Positions 1 through 9,853 of a DNA stretch of 64,000 nucleotides are shown here, in pieces. The number at the start of each line of letters is the position of its first letter. Position 1 is the stretch's first letter. The notes below the pieces were generated by a model. The model was not told the origin of the DNA, did no database searches, and was given only the letters and a program-made list of their open reading frames with translations. The stretch covers positions 288,001-352,000 of the forward strand of contig CAWIYV010000007.1 of the NCBI GenBank assembly GCA_963840455.1, written 5' to 3'. Position numbers and translations under genes: made by a program. The stretch comes from Nitrospirota bacterium (GTDB lineage: Bacteria; Nitrospirota; UBA9217).

Positions 1-1
1 C

Positions 2-214
2 GCAGCGAACGCGCTTCGCGAACTCACAATGAGCGAGCTGGTGTCGGATATTGAGCGCGTGAAAACCCAGATCGCCGATCTGAGCGACGACGTCAAGAAG
101 ATACGGTCGGCAGTCACCGGGTTCATGAACCCGGACAGCATCGGCCTTTCCTCGTTGCTCCAATGGCTCCCGGTGCTCCTCGGACTGTTTCGAAGGAAAA
201 AACAGGATGGATAA
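2..214 (+). CDS. 3' end of a hypothetical protein (5' partial)
   Basis: Frame is open from position 2 to the stop at 214; coiled-coil-like stretch followed by a hydrophobic/basic tail. Confidence 0.5.
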   Translation, partial: AANALRELTMSELVSDIERVKTQIADLSDDVKKIRSAVTGFMNPDSIGLSSLLQWLPVLLGLFRRKKQDG

Positions 215-270
215 CAGCATTTCCGTTCGTTATCGCTGACTTCGTATTCAAAATCATGACAGAACCCTTT

Positions 271-995
271 ATGCAGTTAACTCGGATCGTGTCGTCCTTC
301 TGTCTGTTCGCCGCACTCCTTCTGGGGACGTCAGCGGCCCGGGCTGCGGAGCAGCAGGCGAAGACCGTGGCCAAGGAAGAACAAATGACCGTTGAGGATG
401 TGATCCCGCTGACCGTCGGGAATCTCCGCGGCCACAAGATGGTGTACAAAGAGGGCTGGTATATCGTGACGTCGAGCCGCAAGGCCTTGGACTTTGCCAA
501 AGATCATTCCATCACCCGTTCGGGCGATGCCCTGGCCGAGGCTGCTGCAGTGCTGCAGGACGCAGCAAGGACTATACGACCAACATCGCGTCGGACGTGA
601 AAGGGGCCATGGAAGGCGGCAAGCGCGTCGTGTCCACCGGAACTGAACTGACAGGCGACATCCTCAAGACGACGCACCGCGCGGGTAAAGCGGAGCTCAC
701 TTATGCGTCCGAGACCTTCCACAAGGCAGGGGAATCGTTCATCCAGGGCAACCTGTCGCTGGGGAAAAGGATTGCAGAGGATCGGAAGGAACTGGCAGCA
801 CTGCCGGGGAACTATTTCACCGACCTCAAGGACGACTTCAGCAACATCTGGGAGCTCACGAGCACGGCAAACGACAAGTTTGCCGGAAAGATCGAGACCG
901 GCTGGGATAAGGCTTTCGATAAGGCTGCTTGGGAGTTCAAAAAAGAGTACGACCGGTCGGGAGAGTCGCAGAACACTCTATGGCAACCTGCCTGA
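271..995 (+). pseudogene. Secreted hypothetical protein, frameshifted and apparently truncated
   Basis: Signal peptide MQLTRIVSSFCLFAALLLGTSAARA; ORFs 163-600 and 597-995 join in frame if one copy of the tandem 8-mer TGCTGCAG (543-558) is removed. Confidence 0.7.
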
Positions 996-1059
996 AACTC
1001 GGGAAGCCATGGAAGAACAAAAGTGACGTTTTGTTCATTCCGGAAAAGAGGGGCCTTCC

Positions 1060-1551
1060 ATGAAGCAGATCGATAGCAAGTTCCTTGACGAATTGACAGC
1101 AAAGGCCGCCGCTTCCCCGCGAAAACGGGCTCACTACAATCTCCACCCAGTCCTCGAAGATCCGGTCCAGCGGCTCTGTGTGGCCATCGAGCCGGGCACG
1201 TACATCAGGCCGCACCGGCATGCCGAACCGTCGACGTGGGAGGTCTTTATCCTCCTCCGTGGTTCGGCGGTGTTCCTGGTCTTCGATGACGCCGGCAAAG
1301 TGCAGGAGCGTGTCGCTCTTAAGGCAGGAGGGCCGGTCCAGGCCATTGAGATACCGGTCGACACGTGGCATTCCATCGCTTCGCTCGAGACGGGCACTAT
1401 CTTCCTCGAAGTGAAACAAGGGCCTTATTCCTCGCCAAAAGGCGGGAATTCAGCTGCTTGGGCCCCGGCCGAGGACGAGACCGAGACTGCCCGATTTGAG
1501 GCCTGGTATCGCAGCGCCCGACCAGGGGATGAGCCGCCGGAGATCCGCTAA
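1060..1551 (+). CDS. WbuC-family cupin-fold metalloprotein
   Basis: SPRKRAHYNLH, YIRPHRH, WHS and EVKQGPY motifs. Confidence 0.85.
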   Translation: MKQIDSKFLDELTAKAAASPRKRAHYNLHPVLEDPVQRLCVAIEPGTYIRPHRHAEPSTWEVFILLRGSAVFLVFDDAGKVQERVALKAGGPVQAIEIPVDTWHSIASLETGTIFLEVKQGPYSSPKGGNSAAWAPAEDETETARFEAWYRSARPGDEPPEIR

Positions 1552-1620
1552 CGAGCACGCAGCGTCTGTTCCTTCCCTTCGCTCATTTCAGAAAAACCTC
1601 CCGACATCATCACTTTACCC

Positions 1621-1650
1621 TTGACAAGTCCATGGGTTACATGGTATTTT
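1621..1650 (+). promoter_or_regulatory. Putative sigma70 promoter of rplU-rpmA
   Basis: TTGACA-N18-TATTTT with an upstream TG. Confidence 0.45.
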
Positions 1651-1697
1651 TACGCTTCCTAAAACGGGTTCGGTTTATTTTTCAAGGAGGTACAAGC

Positions 1698-2009
1698 ATG
1701 TACGCGGTCATTCAAACGGGGGGAAAGCAGTACAAGGTTGCTCCCGGTGATGTGGTGAAGGTTGAGAAGCTCGAGGCCAAGAAGGGCGACACCGTCGAGA
1801 TCAAGGACGTGTTCATGATCGCTGATGGCGACAAGGTGAGCGTGGGCAAGCCGACCCTGGCATCCGCGATGGTCACCGCCGAGGTCATGGGCGACGTCAA
1901 GGGCGAGAAGATCCTGATCTTCAAGCACCGTCGGCGCAAGGGCTACCGGAAGACCAACGGTCACCGCCAGAACTATACCACGCTCAAAGTGAAGGACATC
2001 ATAGCGTAA
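1698..2009 (+). CDS. rplU: 50S ribosomal protein L21
   Basis: MYAVIQTGGKQYKV...GHRQNYT; AAGGAGG Shine-Dalgarno. Confidence 0.98.
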   Translation: MYAVIQTGGKQYKVAPGDVVKVEKLEAKKGDTVEIKDVFMIADGDKVSVGKPTLASAMVTAEVMGDVKGEKILIFKHRRRKGYRKTNGHRQNYTTLKVKDIIA

Positions 2010-2037
2010 CGTTGTACGCAATGTGGAGGATTAAGCA

Positions 2038-2295
2038 ATGGCTCATAAAAAAGGCGTCGGCAGTTCAAGGAACGGCAGGGACAGCAATCCGCAGTATCTG
2101 GGCGTGAAGCGGTATGGCGGTGAAAAGGTGCTCGCCGGCACGATCATCGTTCGTCAGCGCGGGACCAAGATCCACCCGGGCGCGAACGTCGGCAAGGGGA
2201 GCGACGATACGCTCTTCGCCAAGATCAGCGGCGTGATCAAGTTCGAGCGCAAGGATAAGACCCGCAAGCAGGTGAGCGTGTACGCGGTAGCGTAA
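2038..2295 (+). CDS. rpmA: 50S ribosomal protein L27
   Basis: [16 protein letters not shown]. Confidence 0.98.
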   Translation: MAHKKGVGSSRNGRDSNPQYLGVKRYGGEKVLAGTIIVRQRGTKIHPGANVGKGSDDTLFAKISGVIKFERKDKTRKQVSVYAVA

Positions 2296-2320
2296 TCGCT
2301 CATTCAACGTGTTCTCTCGG

Positions 2321-2351
2321 AAGGCGGCATCCATTCGATGCCGCCTTTTTT
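2321..2351 (+). terminator. Intrinsic terminator after rpmA
   Basis: Stem AAGGCGGCATC/GATGCCGCCTT followed by a T-run. Confidence 0.85.
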
Positions 2352-2467
2352 ATTCCCTTGAGACTTGCATTTTCAGCAGTATATCTGTATATTTCATTGA
2401 AAACATTGTTTAAATCCCTCTTCGCAGCAGCGGCTTCATAAGAGGAAAGAGGGGTACTCGAGCACCG

Positions 2468-3523
2468 ATGTCCAATTTCATCGATCGCGTAAAGATCTAC
2501 GTCAAGAGCGGCCATGGCGGACCCGGCGTTGTCGCGTTCCGCCGCGAGGCCTACGTGCCTAAGGGTGGACCGAGCGGCGGCGACGGCGGCAAGGGCGGCG
2601 ACGTGGTCATCGAGGCAGACAAGCAGCTCGGCACGCTGATCGACCTCAAGTACCAGCAGAACTACTGGGCCGAGAAAGGCGAACAGGGGCGCGGCAAACA
2701 GCAGACCGGCGCGGACGGCAAGAACATCATCATCCGAGTTCCCGTGGGCACGCTGGTCTGCGACATGGAGACTCGCGAACCCATCGTTGACATGGACGAG
2801 GACGGCAAGTGGTACATCCTCGCCAAGGGCGGACGCGGCGGCAAGGGGAATGCGTTTTTTAAATCCGCGACAAACCAGGCGCCGCGCCATGCGCAGCCGG
2901 GCGAGCCCGGCGAGGAGTTCACGCTGTTCCTGGAGCTCAAGCTCCTGGCGGACGTTGGTCTTGTGGGGTTCCCGAATGCCGGGAAGTCTACACTCATCTC
3001 GCGCATCTCGGCGGCGAAGCCCAAGATCGCCGACTATCCCTTCACGACGCTCACGCCGGTGCTCGGCGTCGTGAAGCCTGAAGGCAGGAAGAGCTTCGTT
3101 GTCGCTGATATTCCGGGGCTCATCGAGAACGCACACAAGGGCGCCGGGCTGGGTTTCGAGTTCCTGCGCCATGTGGAGCGGACTTCCATGCTGCTGCACA
3201 TGGTGGACGTGTCCGGCATCGTGCCGGGCGATCCGGTCGAGAACTTCCAGAAGATCAATAACGAACTGGAGCTCTACAGCCTTGACCTGATGAAGAAGTA
3301 CATGGCCGTTGCCGCCACCAAGATCGATGCCGCGGTGCCGGAGAACCTCGAGAAGCTGCAGGGGCACTGCGAGAAGGAAGGGTACCGGTTCTTCCCCATC
3401 TCGTCGGTTACCGGTGCGGGACTGGACAAATTGATGAACTTCCTCGCCGACAAGGTGGATGCAGCGAGAAAGGTACGGGAACCTGCAACAAAGGGTCGGG
3501 AATCCGGGGAGAATGATCAGTAA
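2468..3523 (+). CDS. obgE: GTPase ObgE
   Basis: Gly-rich Obg fold; GFPNAGKST, DYPFTT, DIPG. Confidence 0.97.
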   Translation: MSNFIDRVKIYVKSGHGGPGVVAFRREAYVPKGGPSGGDGGKGGDVVIEADKQLGTLIDLKYQQNYWAEKGEQGRGKQQTGADGKNIIIRVPVGTLVCDMETREPIVDMDEDGKWYILAKGGRGGKGNAFFKSATNQAPRHAQPGEPGEEFTLFLELKLLADVGLVGFPNAGKSTLISRISAAKPKIADYPFTTLTPVLGVVKPEGRKSFVVADIPGLIENAHKGAGLGFEFLRHVERTSMLLHMVDVSGIVPGDPVENFQKINNELELYSLDLMKKYMAVAATKIDAAVPENLEKLQGHCEKEGYRFFPISSVTGAGLDKLMNFLADKVDAARKVREPATKGRESGENDQ

Positions 3524-3545
3524 ACGGTAATATCTATAACATCCT

Positions 3546-4691
3546 ATGCAGAAGAACATCCCTATTGATAGAAAGAACATTTATTCCAAGGTCAAGCGGG
3601 TCGTCATCAAGGTCGGAAGCGCGGTTTTGACCGGCTCCGGCGAGGGGCTTGACCAGAAGCGCATGGAGCAGCTTGCAGCCGAAGTCGCTTCTATCATGGA
3701 CCAGGGGCGCGAGGTGATCCTGGTTTCCTCGGGCGCCATTGCGGCCGGCCTGGCAAAGCTCGGCCTCAAAAAGACGAGGGGCATGCCCCTGCCGCTCAAG
3801 CAGGCCGCAGCCGCGGTCGGTCAGTCGGGCCTCATGTGGATGTACGAGAAGACCTTCGGCAGCCATGGGAAGAAGGTCGCCCAGGTCCTGCTCACGAGGG
3901 AAGACCTGTCGAGCCGGGCGCGGTTCCTGAACGCGCGGAACACCCTTCAGACACTGCTTGAATACGGAGTGGTCCCGGTCATCAACGAGAACGACACCGT
4001 GGCCGTAGACGAGATCAAGTTCGGCGACAACGATAACCTGTCGGGCATGGTCGTTCACCTTGCCGATGCCGATCTGCTGGTGATCCTCTCCGATATTGAT
4101 GGGCTCTACACCGCTGATCCCCGGATCGATCCTTCCGCGGAGCTCATCCCCGTTGTCGAGAAGATCACTGCTGAGATGGAGCGCGGCGCCGGTGATGCCC
4201 AGACCTCGGTCGGGACCGGCGGCATGCGGTCCAAGATCATGACGGCGAAAAAGGTGGGAGCCTACGGCGTGCCCATGGTCATCGTCAACGGCAGGAAACA
4301 CGGCAGTCTGCAGTCCCTGTTCGAGGGCAAGGACATCGGATCCCTGTTCCTCCCCAAAGCGGAACGGAACCGGAGCCGCCAGCACTGGATCGCCTACACG
4401 GCCTGTTCGGTAGGAGGCATCGTGGTCGATGACGGTGGACGTGAAGCGCTTGTGCACAAGGGCAAGAGCCTCCTGCCTGGCGGCATCACCCGGATCGAAG
4501 GAAGCTTCAAGGCTGGTGACTGCGTGAACTGCTCGGACAACCGGGGGAACGTCTTTGCGCGCGGCCTGACGAAGTATTCATCCGCCGACCTGGAGAAGAT
4601 CAAGGGCCTCAAGACATCGCAGATCGTGGCGGTGCTCGGGCATAAGGACTATGACGAGGTGATCCACCGTGACGACCTGGTGATCCTTTGA
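3546..4691 (+). CDS. proB: Glutamate 5-kinase
   Basis: VIKVGS, NENDTV, GDND, GTGGM, C-terminal PUA domain. Confidence 0.97.
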   Translation: MQKNIPIDRKNIYSKVKRVVIKVGSAVLTGSGEGLDQKRMEQLAAEVASIMDQGREVILVSSGAIAAGLAKLGLKKTRGMPLPLKQAAAAVGQSGLMWMYEKTFGSHGKKVAQVLLTREDLSSRARFLNARNTLQTLLEYGVVPVINENDTVAVDEIKFGDNDNLSGMVVHLADADLLVILSDIDGLYTADPRIDPSAELIPVVEKITAEMERGAGDAQTSVGTGGMRSKIMTAKKVGAYGVPMVIVNGRKHGSLQSLFEGKDIGSLFLPKAERNRSRQHWIAYTACSVGGIVVDDGGREALVHKGKSLLPGGITRIEGSFKAGDCVNCSDNRGNVFARGLTKYSSADLEKIKGLKTSQIVAVLGHKDYDEVIHRDDLVIL

Positions 4692-4716
4692 GAGAAGATG
4701 AGACACGGACGATCGT

Positions 4717-5226
4717 ATGAGAAGGATCGGGCTGGCATTATGTATAATGTTCCTGAGTTCATCCCTGTCCTACGCGGCGCTCAGGATCTCTGATGTGGCG
4801 CCGGCCTTTTCCCTGTCTGATCTGAATGGTGGAACGTTCGTGCTGCGCGATGTCCTGCAGAGCGGTCGCAGGGTGGCTTCGGGTGGCATGGTGCTCTGTT
4901 TCTTTGCCACCTGGTGCGGGCCCTGCCGGAAGGAACTGCCGATCCTCAACGGACTGGCTGGAGAACTGAAGGTGAAAGGCGTCGAGGTTGTCATCGTCGA
5001 CCTGAAAGAGGACCCCGCGGTCGTCAGACGCTTCGCCGGGGCCCTGAGCCTGGACAAGGTGACCGTGCTGAGCGACCGGGACGGTAAGGCGGCCGCTCAG
5101 TACCAAGTCCGTTTCCTGCCCACAACATTCTGCATTGGTGCCGACGGCAGGATCAAGGACATGATCTACGGCGAGGTCCGGAGCGCCGATGAGTTCCGGA
5201 AGTGCGCGGCGAAGCTTTTCCCATGA
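4717..5226 (+). CDS. TlpA/ResA-family periplasmic thioredoxin-like redoxin
   Basis: Signal peptide, FATWCGPC, cis-Pro FLPTT. Confidence 0.85.
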   Translation: MRRIGLALCIMFLSSSLSYAALRISDVAPAFSLSDLNGGTFVLRDVLQSGRRVASGGMVLCFFATWCGPCRKELPILNGLAGELKVKGVEVVIVDLKEDPAVVRRFAGALSLDKVTVLSDRDGKAAAQYQVRFLPTTFCIGADGRIKDMIYGEVRSADEFRKCAAKLFP

Positions 5227-5302
5227 TCAACATGCGTTCGGTGGAGGGCTGGGAGGCACGCCCTGTAGCTGCTTGTTCTCAGCCCTATCCATCAATGAAG
5301 GG

Positions 5303-5419
5303 CTGAGTCCAGGATTGAAGGCATATCCTACAGATCGTTGCGGGTTGGCGAACGATCAGGATGACGAAACTACCGCGAGGACCGTAGATTTCCTTCAGCG
5401 CGCTGAAGGGACCTTCAAT
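5303..5419 (+). repeat. ~120-bp double-hairpin dispersed element, degenerate copy 1
   Basis: Colinear with 11491-11610; palindrome CCTTCAGCGCGCTGAAGG; ends in TTCAAT. Confidence 0.75.
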
Positions 5420-5462
5420 CGTCTGTGTTCATCCGCGGTTCCCTATTGGTTTGGAGGTATCC

Positions 5463-6719
5463 ATGGACGTCAAACAGTATGTGACCGAGAAGGCGAAAAA
5501 GGCTAAGGCCGCATCACGCGCGCTGGCAACGGTCTCGACGGAGATCAAGAACAACGCGCTGTTCAAGATGGCCGCAGGGCTGGAGCACGAGGCAGCGATG
5601 CTTATCTCCGAGAACCGGAAGGACCTCATCGAGGCCGAGAAGAAAGGCCTGTCCAAGGCCATGATCGACCGTCTGACCTTGAGCCCGGACCGCATCAGGG
5701 CCATGGCAGACGGGCTCCGCGAGGTCGCTGCCCTGCCCGATCCAGTCGGCGAGATCGTCAGGATGTGGCGCCGGCCCAACGGCATGGAGGTCGGCAGGAT
5801 GCGCGTGCCCATCGGGCTCATCGGCATCATCTATGAGTCCCGGCCCAACGTGACGGCCGATTCGGCTGCGCTCTGCCTCAAGTCCGGCAACGGCGTGCTG
5901 CTTCGGGGCGGGTCTGAGGCGGTGCATTCCAACACATCCATCGTGGACGTCCTGTCGAAGGCGGGCGCCGAGGCGGGCGTCCCCGACGGCGCCATATCGT
6001 TCATCGAGAACCCCGACCGTGCCTGCGTCATGGAAATGCTCAAGACGAACCAGTATGTCGACCTCATCATCCCGCGGGGAGGGGAAGGGCTCATCAAGAT
6101 GGTGTCGGAGAACTCCACCATTCCCGTGATCAAGCATGACAAGGGCGTATGCCACATCTACGTGGACAGCAGCGCGGACCTCGCCATGGCGTCGGACATC
6201 TGCTACAATGCCAAGGTCCAGCGTCCAGGCACCTGCAACGCCATGGAGGCCATGCTCGTGCACAAGGCCTTGTCCCGGACGTTCCTGCCCGAGGTCCTGA
6301 AGCGCTTCGCAGAAGCCAAGGTGGAGATCCGCGGATGCGCCCGGACGCAGGAGATTATGCCCGGTGTTAAGGCCGCGACGGACCAGGACTGGGATACGGA
6401 GTATAATGACCTTATCCTGAACGTGAAGGTGGTGGACAGCATGGAAGAGGCTATGGACCACATTGCGGCCCACGGTTCCCAGCACTCCGAGGCCATCGTG
6501 ACAAGCGACTACCAGCGGTCGCGGCGGTTCGTGCGGGAAGTGGACGCCTCGGCCGTATTCGTGAACGCCTCGACGCGGCTGAACGACGGGTTCGAGTTCG
6601 GCCTGGGCGCCGAGATTGGCATCTCGACGACCCGCATTCACGCGCGCGGTCCCATGGGTCTTGAAGAGCTCACCTCCACCAAGTTCATCGTGCTCGGAAG
6701 CGGGCAGATACGAAAATAG
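5463..6719 (+). CDS. proA: Gamma-glutamyl phosphate reductase
   Basis: IYESRPNVT, CNAME, GAEIGIST, HARGPMGL. Confidence 0.97.
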   Translation: MDVKQYVTEKAKKAKAASRALATVSTEIKNNALFKMAAGLEHEAAMLISENRKDLIEAEKKGLSKAMIDRLTLSPDRIRAMADGLREVAALPDPVGEIVRMWRRPNGMEVGRMRVPIGLIGIIYESRPNVTADSAALCLKSGNGVLLRGGSEAVHSNTSIVDVLSKAGAEAGVPDGAISFIENPDRACVMEMLKTNQYVDLIIPRGGEGLIKMVSENSTIPVIKHDKGVCHIYVDSSADLAMASDICYNAKVQRPGTCNAMEAMLVHKALSRTFLPEVLKRFAEAKVEIRGCARTQEIMPGVKAATDQDWDTEYNDLILNVKVVDSMEEAMDHIAAHGSQHSEAIVTSDYQRSRRFVREVDASAVFVNASTRLNDGFEFGLGAEIGISTTRIHARGPMGLEELTSTKFIVLGSGQIRK

Positions 6720-6727
6720 TAATTTCA

Positions 6728-6811
6728 CGCAGAGGTCTCAGAGGGCGCTGAGGACGGCAAGGGTTGGTTATTAAACCTGCATCAAGCTCTGCGATCTCCG
6801 CGTTCTCTGCG
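6728..6811. repeat. Imperfect palindrome with 9-nt periodic CGCAGAG/CTCTGCG arms
   Basis: Left arm CGCAGAG-gtc-TCAGAG-ggc-GCTGAG; right arm CTCTGC-gat-CTCCGC-gtt-CTCTGCG. Confidence 0.65.
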
Positions 6812-6837
6812 GTAATATGTCGTCTTAAGGAGAACGC

Positions 6838-7497
6838 TTGACTCAACGTCTGGGGATTCTCGGCGGGACGTTCAATCCCATCCATCTCGGCCATCTGGCC
6901 GCGGCTGAAGAGGTGCGCGACCGGCTGAAGTTCGAAAAGGTCATGTTCATCCCTTCTTTTCTCCCTCCCCACAAGAGCGAGGAGGACATGCCATCGGCTG
7001 TTCAGCGGCAGGAAATGGTCCGGCTCGCCATCAAGGGGAACCCTCACTTTACGGTATCCGACATGGAGATCCGTCGCGGCGGCAGGTCCTATACCATCGA
7101 TACGATTGAGGCGCTGCGCCAAGCGCACATCGGACCGGACCTCTATTTCATCACCGGCCTCGACTCGTTCCTGGAGATAAGGACCTGGAAGGATTGGCAG
7201 CGGCTGATGGAACTCTGTTCCTTTGTGGTCCTGTCCCGGGAAGGCTGCCGGTTCCGGGACATCGCGAAGCTTGGGTTCCTGAGCGCACCGGAGCACGACC
7301 TCGCCGCGCTCGACGGACGGGAGAAGGAACAAGTGGTGATCAGGACGGGGAACATGCGCGTCCACCTCGAGCGGGTGCCCTTCTACGATATCTCGTCAAC
7401 GGACATCCGCACGCGCATCCGCTCGGGACGGAGCATCAAATACCACTTGCCTGAAGCGGTCGAACACTATATAATTGAAAATAAATTATATGCTTAG
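6838..7497 (+). CDS. nadD: Nicotinate-nucleotide adenylyltransferase
   Basis: GGTFNPIHLGH, SYTIDT, ISST; TTG start after AAGGAG. Confidence 0.96.
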   Translation: MTQRLGILGGTFNPIHLGHLAAAEEVRDRLKFEKVMFIPSFLPPHKSEEDMPSAVQRQEMVRLAIKGNPHFTVSDMEIRRGGRSYTIDTIEALRQAHIGPDLYFITGLDSFLEIRTWKDWQRLMELCSFVVLSREGCRFRDIAKLGFLSAPEHDLAALDGREKEQVVIRTGNMRVHLERVPFYDISSTDIRTRIRSGRSIKYHLPEAVEHYIIENKLYA

Positions 7498-7867
7498 CGC
7501 ATTGGAGACCGCGCTGCTTGCGGCGGAAGCAGCGGATGGGAAAAAAGCCTATGACCTTTTGGTCCTGGACCTTAAGGGCCTGACGAGCATTGCAGATTAC
7601 TTTGTGATCTGTTCGGCAAGCAGCACGACCCAGGTGGGGGCCATCGCCGACGGTATCGGACATGCGCTTGCGAGCGAGGATATCCGGCCGTCCCACATTG
7701 AGGGCGGTGCAGAGGCAACCTGGCTGCTCATGGACTATGGCGACGTGGTCGTGCACATATTCGATGAACCGGCCCGTTCCTATTACAGCCTCGACCGGCT
7801 CTGGGGAGATGCACCTCGAGTCCCGGTCCGTCTGAAGGCGCCTGCCCTGCATGGCGCAGCCTCGTGA
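7490..7867 (+). CDS. rsfS: Ribosome silencing factor
   Basis: DYFVICS, WLLMDYGDVVVHIF, YYSLDRLW. Confidence 0.95.
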   Translation: MLSALETALLAAEAADGKKAYDLLVLDLKGLTSIADYFVICSASSTTQVGAIADGIGHALASEDIRPSHIEGGAEATWLLMDYGDVVVHIFDEPARSYYSLDRLWGDAPRVPVRLKAPALHGAAS

Positions 7868-8334
7868 AACTCAGCATCATCTGCATGGGCAGGACAAGGG
7901 AGCGGTTCATCCAGGACGGGATCGAGAAGTACTTGCGGTATCTGAAACCCTACGCCCCGGCGGAACTGAAAGTGCTCCGGCAAGAGAAGGTCGAAGACCT
8001 CAGGGATGCTCCTCGCATCCGCAAACTTGAGGCTGCAAAGATCACAAAAGCCCTTTCGCCGGGAGCATATGTTGTGGCCCTGGATGAACGGGGCAGGGAA
8101 TTCACCTCCCACGAGTTCGCGGCATTCATGGATAAGGCGCTGGAGAAGGGCACCCGGGAAATATCCTTCGTGCTCGGTGGCGCCATGGGGCTAGACGAGT
8201 CGGTGACCGGGAAGGCAGATACAGTGCTTGCGCTTTCCCGCTGGACTCTGACCCACGAGATGGCCCGGTTGGTGCTCCTCGAACAGCTCTACCGGGCCTT
8301 CACGATCATCAAAGGCAAGACGTATCACTATTGA
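7864..8334 (+). CDS. rlmH: 23S rRNA pseudouridine1915 methyltransferase
   Basis: LDERG, GGAMG, HEMARLVLLEQLYRA, YH C-terminus. Confidence 0.96.
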   Translation: MKLSIICMGRTRERFIQDGIEKYLRYLKPYAPAELKVLRQEKVEDLRDAPRIRKLEAAKITKALSPGAYVVALDERGREFTSHEFAAFMDKALEKGTREISFVLGGAMGLDESVTGKADTVLALSRWTLTHEMARLVLLEQLYRAFTIIKGKTYHY

Positions 8335-8442
8335 TGCCGCGTTGCCGCAGAGACCGCGAATACACCATGGTGGCCGTGACCCGGGAGCAGGATCCGAAGC
8401 TTTGATCTGAGAACAACAGCTATTCCTGAGAAAGGACGGGGG

Positions 8443-9750
8443 ATGCGATACGTCATTACGGTACTGGTGATCCTGACGGCGGTGTTCGTTCTGCTGATCG
8501 TCGAGTTCAATCAGGGAATGGTCACGGTCAACCTTACCCCGTCCAAGGCCACGGAAATCTCCAAAGCGTCCTTCTTCCTCATTTCCCTCCTGACCGGTGC
8601 GAGCCTTGTCTTATTATTGTATCTCATGCGGGACATCCGACGGTTCCTGCGCGGCCTCCGGGTCCAGCGGGAACAGAAGAAACGCGCGAAAGTCCAAGAG
8701 CTCTACACAAAAGGTCTGAATGCGCTTCTGGCCAAACGGAATCCCGAGGCGCTCGCGTTCTTTCAGCGGGTCCTGAGCCTGGATCCGAACCACGTGGACA
8801 CGCTCCTCCGCATGGGGATCACGCAGCTGCGCGAGAAGAACTTACAGGAGGCCGTGCGGCTCCATCTCAAGGCGTGGAACCTCGACCGGCACAACCAAGA
8901 GGTGATGTTCTCCCTCGCAGCTGATTACGAGGAATCGAAACGCTTCGATGAGGCCATCAAGATGTACCGGGAGATCCTCGACAAGGACCATTCGAACATC
9001 ACGGCGCTCATCCGGCTCCGGGACCTGTACCACCGGCTGAACCATTGGGAAGAGCTGAACGAAACGCAGGGCCGTCTCCTCGCCAACCCTCTTGGCGCGC
9101 AGGAACTCGATATCGAGCACAGGAAGCTGATCGGTTTCAAGTATGAGCTGGGCCGTTCGCATCTGGAGGCTGGTGATCTTGAGCGCGCAAAGAAGGTCTT
9201 CCGTGGCGTGATCAAGCTGGACAAGGATTTCGTCCCCGCGTACCTGGGGCTCGGCGAGGTCATGCTTGAAGAGGGAAAACCGAGAGAGGCAGGCGAACTA
9301 TGGGAAAAGGCTTACAAGCTGACGTCATCGATCCTGCTGCTGCACCGCCTCGAGGACCTGTACCTCAAACAAGGGGAACCGGGGAGTGCCATTGAGATCT
9401 ACAAGAAGGCGGTGACGTGGAAACCGCAGGACACGGGCCTCAAGTTCTTCCTGGGAAAATTGTATTACCGGCTCGAGATGGTCGACGAAGCCTTTGATAC
9501 GCTCACCTCCGTTGACTGGGGCGACCGGGAGTATCCTGACGTGCACAAGCTCCTGGGAAATATCTACCTGCGGCGAGGTTCGCTGGGGCTCGCTGCATCG
9601 GAGTTCAAAAAGGCCCTACGCTTCAAGAAGCAGGTGATCGTACCGTACTTCTGCTCGAACTGCCAGTACAACACGACCGAATGGTCGGGCCGCTGCCCCA
9701 ACTGCGGCAAATGGAACACCTTTGGCGTCAACCTAGAAAAAAGCAACTGA
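8443..9750 (+). CDS. LapB-like LPS assembly protein (N-terminal LapA-like TM segments, TPRs, rubredoxin-type C-terminus)
   Basis: Two TM helices, TPR repeats, CSNC...WSGRCPNCGKW. Confidence 0.8.
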   Translation: MRYVITVLVILTAVFVLLIVEFNQGMVTVNLTPSKATEISKASFFLISLLTGASLVLLLYLMRDIRRFLRGLRVQREQKKRAKVQELYTKGLNALLAKRNPEALAFFQRVLSLDPNHVDTLLRMGITQLREKNLQEAVRLHLKAWNLDRHNQEVMFSLAADYEESKRFDEAIKMYREILDKDHSNITALIRLRDLYHRLNHWEELNETQGRLLANPLGAQELDIEHRKLIGFKYELGRSHLEAGDLERAKKVFRGVIKLDKDFVPAYLGLGEVMLEEGKPREAGELWEKAYKLTSSILLLHRLEDLYLKQGEPGSAIEIYKKAVTWKPQDTGLKFFLGKLYYRLEMVDEAFDTLTSVDWGDREYPDVHKLLGNIYLRRGSLGLAASEFKKALRFKKQVIVPYFCSNCQYNTTEWSGRCPNCGKWNTFGVNLEKSN

Positions 9751-9772
9751 CAGGGCAGGCGGAAAAAATTTA

Positions 9773-9836
9773 GAAAGCCAGAAGGCAGAGGTCAGATGCC
9801 GCCGTGGGGATCTGACATCCGCATTCTGGCTCTTTC
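9773..9836. repeat. Long imperfect hairpin with ~7-nt CAGA-periodic arms
   Basis: GAAAGCCAGAA...GTCAGAT / ATCTGAC...TTCTGGCTCTTTC. Confidence 0.55.
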
Positions 9837-9853
9837 ATTGTGAGGGAGCGTTC

